Below are positions 51,747-61,521 of a DNA stretch of 64,000 nucleotides, piece by piece. The DNA is from an uncultured Acidobacteriota bacterium (GTDB taxonomy: Bacteria > Acidobacteriota > UBA6911): assembly GCA_963827655.1 (NCBI GenBank), contig CAWHCF010000023.1, forward strand, positions 96,001 through 160,000, given 5' to 3'. The notes beneath the pieces are model-generated. The model had not been told where the DNA came from, did not search any database, and worked only from the letters and a program-made list of their open reading frames with translations. Made by a program: the position numbers and the translations under genes. Within the stretch, counting starts at the first letter, position 1. The number at the start of each line of letters is the position of its first letter.

Positions 51747-51935
51747 AATTGACGATTTACGATTGACGATTGACGATTGACAATGCATTGGCAGATGGTA
51801 GGGCAGACGCTGGCACGCGACATGGCATTTGAGTTGCCTTCCATGGACAACTCAGATGCCGTGTCGCTGCCAGCGTCTACCCTACAATCTGCCAATGCAT
51901 TTCAATCGTCAATCGTCAATCGTCAATCGTCAATT
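51747..51935. repeat. 189-bp near-perfect palindrome with heptamer-array termini
   Basis: Arms of about 88 bp: heptamer arrays plus aatgcattggcagatggtagggcagacgctggcacgcgacatggcatttgagttg, mirrored with about five differences in the inner part. Confidence 0.93.
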
Positions 51936-51936
51936 C

Positions 51937-52827
51937 TCAACCGTAGGTTATTTTTCCGTCCGAACCGATAGTGGCCGCCGCTCGCTCGCCCCGCCAGCAC
52001 TGCATGTTTACCGCCACTGGATTCTGGCTGATATGAGTGTGGGCCCATTCGATGTTCACGGCCAGCGCCGTCGTGATTCCGCCCAGCCCTTGCGGACCCA
52101 GACCGGTTGAATTGATTTTTTCGAGAAGGTCCCGCTCCAGCTGGGCCACCTGCGGATCCTGGCTGAAAGAACCAATCTTGCGGAAGGTGCTCGCCTCCTT
52201 GGCCAGATTCATCGCGAGATCGGAAGTCCCGCCCAGGCCGACGCCGACTATCACGGGCGGGCAGGGGCAAGCGCCGGATTCAAGCACGCAATGAAGCACG
52301 AATCGTTTAATTCCCTTCACTCCCTCGCCGGGATTGAGCATCTTCAGGAAGCTCATGTTCTCCGAGCCCGAGCCCTTGGGAGCCATCTGAATCTCGATGC
52401 GGTCGGAATCGGGAACGAAATCGACCTTGATGATCGGTATGCCCTGTCCCGTATTGGTGCCGGTATTCTTGCGCGTCAACGGATGGACCGAGTTCGAGCG
52501 CAAGGGGTGTTCCAGGGTCAATCTTTCGCAGGCTATCCGGATCCGGGACTTGATTTCAGCGCCGTCCAGTTGCAACCTCCCCCCCAGTAGAACCTTATAG
52601 ATCGGGATGCCGGTGTCCTGGCACACGAGTGTGCGCTCGCTGTCAGCGACCTTGATGTTTTCAAGGATGGTGAACAGAACCTCGGCCGCGGTATTGTTGC
52701 CGGAGCTACGCTCGGCCTCGAGGCCTTCTCCGAGCGCGTCGCGCACATCGTGGGGGATATCGCTCAGCGCCCTGAGATACAGGTTTCGGGCCGCCTCTTC
52801 GACGGAGTCATATATTGATGGATTCAT
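51937..52827 (-). CDS. Class I fumarate/tartrate hydratase family, alpha (Fe-S) subunit
   Basis: [35 protein letters not shown] and NMQCW. Confidence 0.92.
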   Translation of the reverse strand: MNPSIYDSVEEAARNLYLRALSDIPHDVRDALGEGLEAERSSGNNTAAEVLFTILENIKVADSERTLVCQDTGIPIYKVLLGGRLQLDGAEIKSRIRIACERLTLEHPLRSNSVHPLTRKNTGTNTGQGIPIIKVDFVPDSDRIEIQMAPKGSGSENMSFLKMLNPGEGVKGIKRFVLHCVLESGACPCPPVIVGVGLGGTSDLAMNLAKEASTFRKIGSFSQDPQVAQLERDLLEKINSTGLGPQGLGGITTALAVNIEWAHTHISQNPVAVNMQCWRGERAAATIGSDGKITYG

Positions 52828-52857
52828 CTCTACAATACCTCTAAGACACGAAGAAAA

Positions 52858-54582
52858 CTATGAACGGCTCGCCGGGAGTTCAGGCGGCTTGAGACGCATG
52901 AACTCAACCGGTCGAACCGAAAACCTCATCTGACCCTGATCCGGAGCGATAACGATGTTTCTCAGCCAGGCCGGGTCGGGCGCGGGATAGTCCGATCGAT
53001 AGTGCGCTCCCCGCGACTCCTCCCGCATCAGCGCGCTTCCAGCAATCATTTCGGCAACCAGAGTCATGTTGATCACGTTGATCGCCTCATTCCACTTCGA
53101 ATTATAGATCGTGTCGCCGGACGACTCCGTGTCTTCCGCGCACTTCCTCAGGCGCCCGATGGTCTCGATCGCGGCTTTGAGATCGTGCCCGTTTCGGACC
53201 AGCCCGACTTTTTCCCACATCAGGTCTTCCAGATTTCGCCGCAGCTCGAACGGATTCTCTCCCGAGCCCCGATCAAGCGGACCGGCCCAGTATCGGCATA
53301 GTTCGCGCGTCCGATCCGGGGAAATCCCGCCCAATCCGACGCTACCGGCGTACTCGGCCATAGCATCCCCCGCGCGAGCGCCAAAGACAATCGAGTCTGC
53401 GACGCCGTTGCCGCCCAGTCGATTCGCGCCGTGCACTCCGCCGGCATCCTCTCCCGCGACAAACAGTCCTTCGAGATTCGAGCGGCAGTCAAGATCGATC
53501 CCGACTCCACCCATATGGTAATGCGCGCTGGGCGAGACCTCGACCCGTGAATGAACCAGATCAAAACCATAGTCGCCGCATCGCTCCACCATGCCTGGAA
53601 AATTGCGCATCAGAAAGTCCTCGCCCAGATGCGTGGCGTCGAGCAACACACCTCCGTTCTGTGTTCCCCGGCCCGCCATGATTTCCAGATAGCTGTAGCG
53701 CGAAACCACGTCGCGAGTGGCGCGCTCGAGCTTCACCGGCTCCCATTTTTCCATGTAGCGCTCGCCCAGGCCGTTGAAGAGACGGGCGCCGGCGCCGCGC
53801 AGCCCTTCTTCCAGCAATCCCCCGGTCGCCATGGAGCCTCCCACCAGCAGGCCGGTCGGATGAAACTGCATCATCTCCATGTCGACGAATTCGGCGCCGG
53901 CGCGAAAGGCCATGGCCATTCCGTCGCCGGCCTTCTCGAGCGAGGGAGAAGAAATCCGATACATGGTGGCACCCGCGCCGGTGCAAAGCAGAATCGCCTT
54001 GGCCCGGGCGGCGATGAATTTGCCGCGCCGGTTATCAAGCAGCAGCGCCCCGCAAACCCTGGAACCCTCGGTCAAAAGGTCCAGGCCGCGGCACTCTTCC
54101 AGGACCAGGATCTCCTCTTCCAGGATGTAGTCCCTGAGGTTGGACATGATCTCAATGCCGGTCAAATCTCCCTTGTGGACGGTCCGATCAAAAGATTGCC
54201 CGGCGAACGGCTTCTGGTGGATGGTTCCGTCTTCGTTTCGGTCGAACAGGCAGCCCACTTTGTTTTCCAGTTCGATAACGCGTTTCGGCGCATCTTCGAC
54301 CAGAACCCACGCCAGCCGCTGGTTATTCAGAAACGCGCCTCCCTTGACCGTGTCCTCAAAATGCCGTTCCAAAGAATCGGCCGGATGAAGCACGGCGTTG
54401 TATCCGCCTTGAACCATGCGAGTGCAGCCGCTTTGCCCGAGCAACCCCTTGACCACGATGGCGATTTTCAGGCGCCGGTTCCTTTCGTGGGCATGCAAGG
54501 CTGCCAGGAGGCCCGCGCCGCCCGCTCCCAGAATAAGAATATCCGCCTCCAGCTCGTCGCAGCCAGTCAAGGAGCGCCTCAC
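52858..54582 (-). CDS. SdhA/FrdA-family flavoprotein, atypical (non-covalent FAD type)
   Basis: GAGGAG, QSGCTRMVQGG (Cys/no His), QFHPTG, RDVVSR, HYHMGG, GANRLGGN and REESRGAHYR. Confidence 0.88.
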   Translation of the reverse strand: MRRSLTGCDELEADILILGAGGAGLLAALHAHERNRRLKIAIVVKGLLGQSGCTRMVQGGYNAVLHPADSLERHFEDTVKGGAFLNNQRLAWVLVEDAPKRVIELENKVGCLFDRNEDGTIHQKPFAGQSFDRTVHKGDLTGIEIMSNLRDYILEEEILVLEECRGLDLLTEGSRVCGALLLDNRRGKFIAARAKAILLCTGAGATMYRISSPSLEKAGDGMAMAFRAGAEFVDMEMMQFHPTGLLVGGSMATGGLLEEGLRGAGARLFNGLGERYMEKWEPVKLERATRDVVSRYSYLEIMAGRGTQNGGVLLDATHLGEDFLMRNFPGMVERCGDYGFDLVHSRVEVSPSAHYHMGGVGIDLDCRSNLEGLFVAGEDAGGVHGANRLGGNGVADSIVFGARAGDAMAEYAGSVGLGGISPDRTRELCRYWAGPLDRGSGENPFELRRNLEDLMWEKVGLVRNGHDLKAAIETIGRLRKCAEDTESSGDTIYNSKWNEAINVINMTLVAEMIAGSALMREESRGAHYRSDYPAPDPAWLRNIVIAPDQGQMRFSVRPVEFMRLKPPELPASRS

Positions 54583-54926
54583 AGGTTCTTGAAGGCCTGG
54601 ATCCCAAGATACGCCCAGTAAACCCCGGCCGCCATCAGGATCGCGGTGCAGACTCGAGCCGCCTTCTTTCCGATTCGGCTGTAGTCCAGGATGATATTTC
54701 GCAATCCGTTCAGTCCGTGGTACAGGGCGATAACCAGAAACGAAATGTCGATGGCCTGCCAGTAGGGGTTTGAGATTCGGTCAAGGATCGCAGCATAGGT
54801 GAGCTCCCCCCGCCTGAGCGGAGCCGTCATGAAATGCTCCACCCAGAAATGGGCAACCAGAAGGACAAGCAAAAGAGCTCCGGTGATTCTCTGCAGATAC
54901 CACTCGATAACGCTTCGATACATCAC
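54579..54926 (-). CDS. SdhD-like hydrophobic membrane anchor
   Basis: WYLQRITG, LVAHF and LYHGLNGLR; three TM helices. Confidence 0.85.
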   Translation of the reverse strand: MMYRSVIEWYLQRITGALLLVLLVAHFWVEHFMTAPLRRGELTYAAILDRISNPYWQAIDISFLVIALYHGLNGLRNIILDYSRIGKKAARVCTAILMAAGVYWAYLGIQAFKNL

Positions 54927-54940
54927 TTTCAGGTCCCGGC

Positions 54941-55330
54941 TCAGATGCGCAGGATGGAAAAGAGAAATATCGGGATGGCTCCGGCCAGAAAAATCAGGCC
55001 GCCGATCCCGAGCGCGAGCAGCCAGAACAGCTGTCGCTGTTTTTCGTGCCCCATTCCAAGGTCGATCAGCGTGATACGAATGCCGTTCAGAGCGTGCAGG
55101 ACCACGGTTCCGAGCAGCGCAATTTCCAGAAGCTTGAAGGCCGGTCTTTGGAAGAAACTCATGGCCTGGTCGAAAGCAGCCGGCCCCTGGCTCAGCTTGT
55201 TGATCGTGAGCACGTGCAGAAAAAGATAGAACAACAAGAGCAGGCCGCTCACGCGCTGGATCACCCAGGCCAGCATGCCGCTGTACTGCCAGCTATACTT
55301 CCGGACCAGAAGTCTCGCTGAGTTTTTCAC
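54941..55330 (-). CDS. SdhC-like cytochrome b subunit
   Basis: WVIQRVSG, LFLHV and VLHALNGIR; three TM helices. Confidence 0.87.
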   Translation of the reverse strand: MKNSARLLVRKYSWQYSGMLAWVIQRVSGLLLLFYLFLHVLTINKLSQGPAAFDQAMSFFQRPAFKLLEIALLGTVVLHALNGIRITLIDLGMGHEKQRQLFWLLALGIGGLIFLAGAIPIFLFSILRI

Positions 55331-56042
55331 GGAATCTCCCGGGTCTCAACATCGCTCTTTTCATCCTGGCGATAGAATCGGTGAGATCGATGCCTTTGGG
55401 ACAGGCGGCCACGCAGTTGAACTGGGTATGACAGCGCCAGATTCCTCCGAGTTCATCATTGACGACCCGGAGACGTTCTTCGACCGCCCCGTCGCGCGGG
55501 TCCATCAGTCGCAGGTATGCCTTGTTGATCGCCGCCGGCCCGAGGTATCGGCGATTTGTTCCCGTAACACCGCAAGCCGAAAAACAGGCGGCGCACGTGA
55601 TACAGTCGCGCTTTTCCCGGGCCTGCCGCCCGAACTCGGATGACGGAGGGATGCGCGCCAATTCCTGGGAGTTCCGGCCGGAGAAATGAAAAGCCGGCCA
55701 GACCCGCTTCCATTGCGCGAAAAAGGGCTCCAACGAGACGATCAAGTCCTTGAGTACCGGAAGGTGGGGGAGAGGTTCGACGGTGATGGTTTCCGACGCC
55801 AGATTCTCGATTCCGGTCTTGCAGGCCAGGCGCGGAATCCGATTAATGTACATGGCGCACGTCCCGCACATGGCAACCCGGCAGGAATAACGAAAGCAGA
55901 GGGACGGATCTTGCTCGCGCTGGATGGCAAACAGACCGTCCAGCACCGTCATCCTTTCCTGTATGGCAACCCGGAACGATTGAACTTGTTTCGACGCGCC
56001 ACCGGGAGCGGAACGGCTGACCTTGAAGAAAACCGAGTTCAT
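55293..56042 (-). CDS. SdhB/FrdB iron-sulfur subunit
   Basis: SCRVAMCGTC..LAC [2Fe-2S], CITCAACFSAC and CHTQFNCVAACP. Confidence 0.92.
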   Translation of the reverse strand: MNSVFFKVSRSAPGGASKQVQSFRVAIQERMTVLDGLFAIQREQDPSLCFRYSCRVAMCGTCAMYINRIPRLACKTGIENLASETITVEPLPHLPVLKDLIVSLEPFFAQWKRVWPAFHFSGRNSQELARIPPSSEFGRQAREKRDCITCAACFSACGVTGTNRRYLGPAAINKAYLRLMDPRDGAVEERLRVVNDELGGIWRCHTQFNCVAACPKGIDLTDSIARMKRAMLRPGRFREKLSETSGPEV

Positions 56043-56052
56043 TATATAGAAC
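56037..56052. promoter_or_regulatory. Palindromic operator candidate GTTC-N8-GAAC overlapping the sdhB-like start
   Basis: GTTCATTATATAGAAC; 13/16 identical to 61396-61411. Confidence 0.55.
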
Positions 56053-56075
56053 ACCTTTTTTATTTACGAAACAAG

Positions 56076-56105
56076 ATCATAGAAAACCGAATCCTGGGGT
56101 GTCAA
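56076..56105 (-). promoter_or_regulatory. Sigma70-like promoter TTGACA-N18-TATGAT for the sdh-like operon
   Basis: Reverse complements of tgtcaa (56100-56105) and atcata (56076-56081). Confidence 0.6.
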
Positions 56106-56163
56106 GGCCGCCTCGACTCTTGATGTTTCTTCGTGTGTGGTTGTTTTGTTAAGATGTCGATCC

Positions 56164-56640
56164 GTGAAAACTACCCGCCGGTACATTCGCCTGACTTTCG
56201 TCACGGGGGGAGAGTCCGTCGTGGCGGAAATGCTCGATGACGAGGCCCCGGAAACCTGCCGCCTGGTCTGGCAGCTCCTGCCGCTGGAACACAAGGTAGT
56301 CCACGGACAGTACTCTGGCGCCGAAGTCTTCATCCTGCTCGATAATCCCCAGCCGTCTGCGCGTGAAAATCTGGCCCAGATTCCGCTTCCGGGAGAACTC
56401 CTTTACTTCCATGACCCGGGCGGGAACGTCATCACCGGTCCCCGGTCTATGTCCGAGATCTGCCTGGTATATGGCCGCGGCGTGGTGTTGCGCGCTCACG
56501 AAGGCGTCCCGACCTATGCCACATTGTTCGCGCGCATACCGGGTGACTGGAAGTATGACTGGACCGCTTTTGCCCAGGCCTGCCGCCGGGCACGATCCGA
56601 CATCCCCCAGCGCCTGCGCATCGAGCGAGTCGATTCTTAG
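56164..56640 (+). CDS. DUF3830 family (cyclophilin-like fold) protein
   Basis: AEMLDDEAPETC..LPL...VHGQYSGAEV...EN....PGELLY...EI..YGR pattern, recognised by eye. Confidence 0.75.
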   Translation: MKTTRRYIRLTFVTGGESVVAEMLDDEAPETCRLVWQLLPLEHKVVHGQYSGAEVFILLDNPQPSARENLAQIPLPGELLYFHDPGGNVITGPRSMSEICLVYGRGVVLRAHEGVPTYATLFARIPGDWKYDWTAFAQACRRARSDIPQRLRIERVDS

Positions 56641-56804
56641 TGTTTCTTCGTGTCTTCGCGTCTTAGACGGTAAGTCGTTCGCAGCGCTAACCACTGACAT
56701 GAAGACGCTAAGGTTCGTTCAGCGACTTCAGCATACAGATGACGAAGGCCCGTTCGCGAACGCCGATAGCATGTAGCGTCTGATACGCTTATCGCTGACA
56801 GCGA

Positions 56805-57920
56805 CTACCGGATTCGGAAGTGCTCGACTTTATCGTCGTCGAGCTCAACCCCGAGGCCAGGCCGTTCAATCGGCTGAGCCTTTCCGCCGGCGATCTGAAG
56901 AGGTTCGGTGAGCAGTTCCGCTTCATAGTAAAGCGGACCGAGGATGTCGCAGGGAAACTCCTCGGCTGCAATCCCGGGCGTCGAGATCGCCAGGTGAATC
57001 ATGGCGGCGCTGGCCACTCCGAGCTCGAGGTTACTGCCCACGGTAGCGCTCAAGCCGGCAGCCTCGGCCACGGCCGCGATCTTTCGAGCCGGGCCCAGGC
57101 CTCCCCCTTTTCCCACATACACCGAGAGAACATCCGCGGCGCCCGCCCGCGTGATGCGCATCGCATCCTGGAGAGTGTAGACGCTTTCGTCGGCGATCAC
57201 CGGCACGTCGACCTGGCTTCGAACTTCCGCCAGAGAATGCAGGTCATCCGGGGCGACCGGCTGCTCGGCAAAATAAATGTCGCACTCGGAAAGCCGACGA
57301 ATCGTCTTGATCGCCGTCCGGCAGGTCCAGCCGCCATTCGCGTCCACTCCCAGCCGTACCGCCGATCCAATGGCTTTCCGTACGGCCCGCACTCGCTCAA
57401 CGTCCTGGTCTGGGTCCATCCCGACCTTTACCTTCATGGTCTTGAACCCCTGGCTGGCCGCCCAGGCAGCAATCTCGGCGGCCTTGCCGGGTTCCAGGCC
57501 GGAAACCGACCACTTCGTCGGGACGAAGTCGCGCACCGCACCGCCCAGGAGGCGATACACAGGAAGTCCGGCGGTCTTACCCAGAATGTCCCAGAGCGCC
57601 ATCTCGACGGCCGATTTCGTGAAAGGATTCTGCGCTATCGCCAGGCTCAGCTTGCCGCCAAGCCTCTCGATGTCGGTAGGGTTTTCGCCTGCGAGAAGCG
57701 GGTCGAAAAACTTTTCGATGAAGTGAGCCGCGGTGAATTGATCCTCGCCACTCCATCGAGGGGTGCATGAAACCTCGCCCAGGCCGGTGATTCCCTCGTC
57801 GGTATGCACCTTGATCAGCAGGAATGGAGACGTGGTGTGATAGCCGCGCGCGCCCTTGATGGCAAGCTGGGGCTTGATCGGAACCTGAACCGGGATGCTT
57901 TCAATTCGGGTGATCTTCAT
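56805..57920 (-). CDS. Enolase-superfamily enzyme, muconate-lactonizing enzyme subgroup
   Basis: TDEGITGLGE, EMALWDILGK, KVKVG, and metal ligands DAN, EQP and DES; PGLGVELD. Confidence 0.9.
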   Translation of the reverse strand: MKITRIESIPVQVPIKPQLAIKGARGYHTTSPFLLIKVHTDEGITGLGEVSCTPRWSGEDQFTAAHFIEKFFDPLLAGENPTDIERLGGKLSLAIAQNPFTKSAVEMALWDILGKTAGLPVYRLLGGAVRDFVPTKWSVSGLEPGKAAEIAAWAASQGFKTMKVKVGMDPDQDVERVRAVRKAIGSAVRLGVDANGGWTCRTAIKTIRRLSECDIYFAEQPVAPDDLHSLAEVRSQVDVPVIADESVYTLQDAMRITRAGAADVLSVYVGKGGGLGPARKIAAVAEAAGLSATVGSNLELGVASAAMIHLAISTPGIAAEEFPCDILGPLYYEAELLTEPLQIAGGKAQPIERPGLGVELDDDKVEHFRIR

Positions 57921-58007
57921 GCCGTTGAGACTTCGCGCTTAGTTCGTGGCAACAAAACCAACTACCAAGACACTAAGCCACGAAGAAACGCTAAGAACCT
58001 TGTCGAA

Positions 58008-58073
58008 GCCGACCACGTCTACGAGCACGTGCACGTCAACGTGGACGTTGACGTGGTCGCGCGCGTGGACGGC
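58008..58073. repeat. Palindromic hexamer array (CACGTN)n downstream of the TonB receptor
   Basis: gaccacgtctacgagcacgtgcacgtcaacgtggacgttgacgtggtc. Confidence 0.8.
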
Positions 58074-58128
58074 CATTGCTGACACAAACTTAAAAAACAA
58101 GAAGTACCCGCTAGCGCTCGAAAGGACG

Positions 58129-61100
58129 CTAGAACACGATTTTCAGCGCAAACTGCATCTGCCTGGCTGGACCTGCGCCGGTGATCACCCCGGTCGTCAT
58201 CTGATTGATGGTGACGTTCGGATTCTCCAGATTTACGTGGTTGAGGGCGTTGAACAATTCCCAGCGAAATTGCACGTAGCGCTGCTCGCCGAAATAAAAG
58301 TTCTTCATCAACGAGGTATCGAGAATATGGGCGCCCGGGCCGTCAATAAGCCCGACTCCGGAATTCCCGAAGGTGAAGTCTGCCGGCCGTCCTAGAGCGG
58401 CCGGATTGAACCAGAGGTTCGCGCTGGGATCGTCAAGCTTCAGATTGCCCACCAGGTCGGGACGGGCATTCAAACCGTTTCCAAGAGTGGCTCCCGGCAC
58501 GACGAAGGTCAGAGGCGTCCCGGAAGCGAAATCATAGATCCCCGAGAACTGCCACCCTCCCAGAAACGCATTGGCTACCGGGTGCAAGTCGCTGGCGTAC
58601 GGCTTTCCCCGGCCGAAGGGAAGCTCCCAGATGGAGTTCAAGTTCAACACATGGCGGGTCTCGAGTTGAGAGCGGCCGCGATCGTACCCCTCGGGCGCAA
58701 ACGGAGTGGGCCGGTCGGTAAGCAGGGCTCCGAATTCATCGATATTCCGGGCAAATGCATAGGCCAGCGAATACGACAACCCGCGGGTAAACCGGCGCTC
58801 GAATTTCAGCTGCATCGAGTCGTACCAGGAAGAACCCAGGTTATCGTAAAGACGGACAGTCCCCAGTCGCGGGTAGGGCTTGGCCGCCTGAAGGTTGGTA
58901 TAGCGTCCCGGAGCGACCTCGTTGTGGTCCTGCTGAGTGACGAGATCCCGGCCGCGATTTCCGACATAGGCCAGGGTCAGCGCCGATTGCAGAAAGGGCA
59001 GCGATTTCTGCACCGAGAGGTTCCATTCATGGATCTTCATCGGCCTGGCGTCATGGACCACCGCGGCCACCGACGGCAGGGTGAACTGCTGCGGGTCAAG
59101 CGGGAAGGCCGTCTCCCACCTTTGCAAGGAGGCCCGGGCGAATGTCTGGCGCTCGATACTCCAGTAAGGCGGCCCGATGATCGCAGAACCGACGACATTC
59201 CCATTGAAGCTGGTGGGAAACAGTCCGTATCCGCCGCGGACCACCAGGTCCGTGTTTCCCATCGGACGCCATGCTATCCCGACCCGGGGTGAAAAATGCC
59301 CGTCGGCTTCGAACAGTCCCCGCGGCATTCCGGCTTCGTCAGCCGTGATCCAGAGTCCCTCCGTGGCTTTGGCAAGAAAGGGCGCGGTGGCCTGCGCGGT
59401 CAGGTCGACGTTGCCGGATCCATCCTGGGCCGCGACCGACTTGCCGCGCGTGAGATCAAACGTGGCGCCGTTGTTACGAACGAAGGCCTTTTCGTGCCAG
59501 TGATCGTAGCGCAGCCCAAGGCTCAACGTCAGGCTGGGATGGAGCCGCCAGAAGTCCTGCACGTAAAACGCCGAATAAGGAGAGTGGGCCATGCCGAAGG
59601 TCTTGAGCGGAAAATTGCGGGCGTCGGAGGCCAGCATCCCCAACAGATAATCGGCAAAGCCGTTTCCCGTGTACTGGCCGTTGAAGGTAAAGGTCCCGCG
59701 GCTCGACTCAGACGCATGACGGGCCAGGGTTCTCCGGTCGTTGTATTCATAGCCGAACCCCAGGGAATGCTGCGCGCGGATCAGGTTGATGCTTGCCTTC
59801 CCATTGATGTCCTCTCGACGAAAGACGCCGGGGAAGTTGTTGGGCAGGGAGAAACCGGAATATCCCGGTGATCGCGACATTGGGCAGGCCCACGGCCTCC
59901 GCTCTCCCCTCGGTGGAGAATCCCTGTATTCCCGCTTGCTGGGTCAAGTTCTCTTTCCCGATCGAGGGCGAGTTCTGGAACGTATCCGAATGCAGGTACC
60001 CCAGAGCCAGATCGAAAAGCGTTTTCGGAGTGATCGTCCAGTTGTAGTTCAGCCCGACGTTGTGCTGAAACAGATCCAGGTCCTGCACGATTTCGGGCCG
60101 GTATCCAAGCGCCGCCTGGTCCTGACCCACGCGAATCCATCGAACATAAAGCCGCTGCTTGCTGGTCAACTGCTGGTCGAACCGCAGGGAGAAGTTACTG
60201 AGGTCGTTCGAAGTCGGCGCTACCGCCTGAAAGCGGTTACCGGCCGCGTTGGGTAAAAGCAGATGGGGGAAAAAGAACTTCGACGCGCTCGAGAAACGAT
60301 TGGCCGGGATCTGGTTGCCCGGGAACGGAGCGTTGGTAACCGGATCGGTGATGGTTCCCGGCAGCCTGGAGAAGTCCCCTTCCAGCATCTCAGGGAAGAT
60401 TGTGACCGCGTTGTAAATCCTTTCCTCCCGATTCTTGGTTCCTTCAAAGCTGGTAAAGAAAAATGTCCTGTTCTTGACCACCGGGCCGCCGACGGTAAAC
60501 CCGTACTGGTTTCGAATCAACTTGGGTTTGGTTGCGGCAAAGGTATTACGAGCCGCCAGAGCGTCGTTGCGATGAAATTCCCACAGGGTGCCGTGAAACT
60601 CATTCGTTCCCCCTTTGGTCACCAGGACTACCTGAATGGGATTCTTGCCATTCTCGGCGGTGAAATTCGACGTCAATACGCTGAACTGCGCGACCGTGTC
60701 GAGGTTGGGAAACGCAATTCCCTTGTCGTTGCTCGGGTCGTTCGAGTCGATCCCATCCACCAGGAATCTGGTTTGATCGTCTCTCTGGCCGAGTCCTTGA
60801 ACCGTATGCTCACGCGCGAGGCCGGCCGACACCCAGAAAGCGCATCCCGGGAACTAGATTCACGAGGGCGATGGCATTCCTTCCATTCAGCGGGAGATCC
60901 CGTATCTGCTTCTCTTCGACCACGCCTTCCACGGAGGCCTTCTCGGTCTGCACCAGCTCCACTCCGCCCTCAACCGTCACTTCCTGGGTTACGTCGCCGA
61001 CCGCCAGAACCGGGGAGATCCGTTTCTGCTCGCCCACGGTCAGCTCGAGGCTCTGCAGGCGCCAGGTCTTGAATGAAGCAAGCGACACGGCGGCCGAGTA

Positions 61101-61331
61101 GATTCCGCGCGGCAGCGCCAGAATCTCGAAGTGCCCGTTAACATCCGAAACGGTCGTCTTGGTGAGACCGGTTTCGAGATTCCTGACCGTGATCTCGGCG
61201 CCGGGAACGACGGCGCCCGAACCGTCCCTTACCGTACCCAGAATGGAGCCATCCGTACCTACCTGGGCGAGCATGCTGGGCACCGCCAGCCAGACAAAGA
61301 ACCAGACCGACAAGAATGAGCTTCTCCTCAC
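58129..61331 (-). CDS. Acidobacterial Oar-like TonB-dependent receptor with carboxypeptidase-regulatory N-domain; two frameshifts (~60824, ~59865)
   Basis: Signal peptide, GTVRDGSGAVVPGA, LPLNGRN, KGGTNEFHG..EFHRND, RNQYG, FSPRVGIAW and RQMQFALKIVF. Three ORFs join after deleting one base at 60824-60825 and one at 59864-59866. Confidence 0.88.
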
Positions 61332-61395
61332 AACACCCTCCGCGTCAATTCGCCGTCCCTTCCAACGGATGCCAGGAAACACCGACAGACTATGT

Positions 61396-61426
61396 GTTCA
61401 TCTTATTGAACCAGAAATCGATTACA
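61396..61426. promoter_or_regulatory. Operator candidates: GTTC-N8-GAAC palindrome and an adjacent LacI-type site
   Basis: GTTCATCTTATTGAAC (61396-61411). The reverse strand of 61413-61426 reads TGTAATCGATTTCT, matching TGNAANCGNTTNCA except at the last base. Confidence 0.5.
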
Positions 61427-61521
61427 TGAATGATATCATAACCCGTCGAGCCAAGACTACATAATGGATCATTTGCGCCGATGGTTGCGAGACCTCTAAG
61501 TCTTCGATCGATCGCAACGAC

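Noticed and set aside
51729-51788. N-terminal extensions in the ORF track (MHCQSSIVNRK..., MRIADFRLRI...)
   Set aside because: They are translations of repeat arrays. Downstream starts with an RBS fit the protein families better.
52858-54582. Calling the flavoprotein canonical sdhA or nadB
   Set aside because: It lacks the FAD-linked His of SdhA, and its operon with Fe-S and anchor subunits, with no nadA/nadC, argues against NadB. No gene symbol was assigned.
56037-56052. LexA SOS box
   Set aside because: The site is a GTTC-N8-GAAC palindrome, not the GTTC-N7-GTTC direct repeat or the GAAC-N4-GTTC form, and the downstream genes are not SOS genes.
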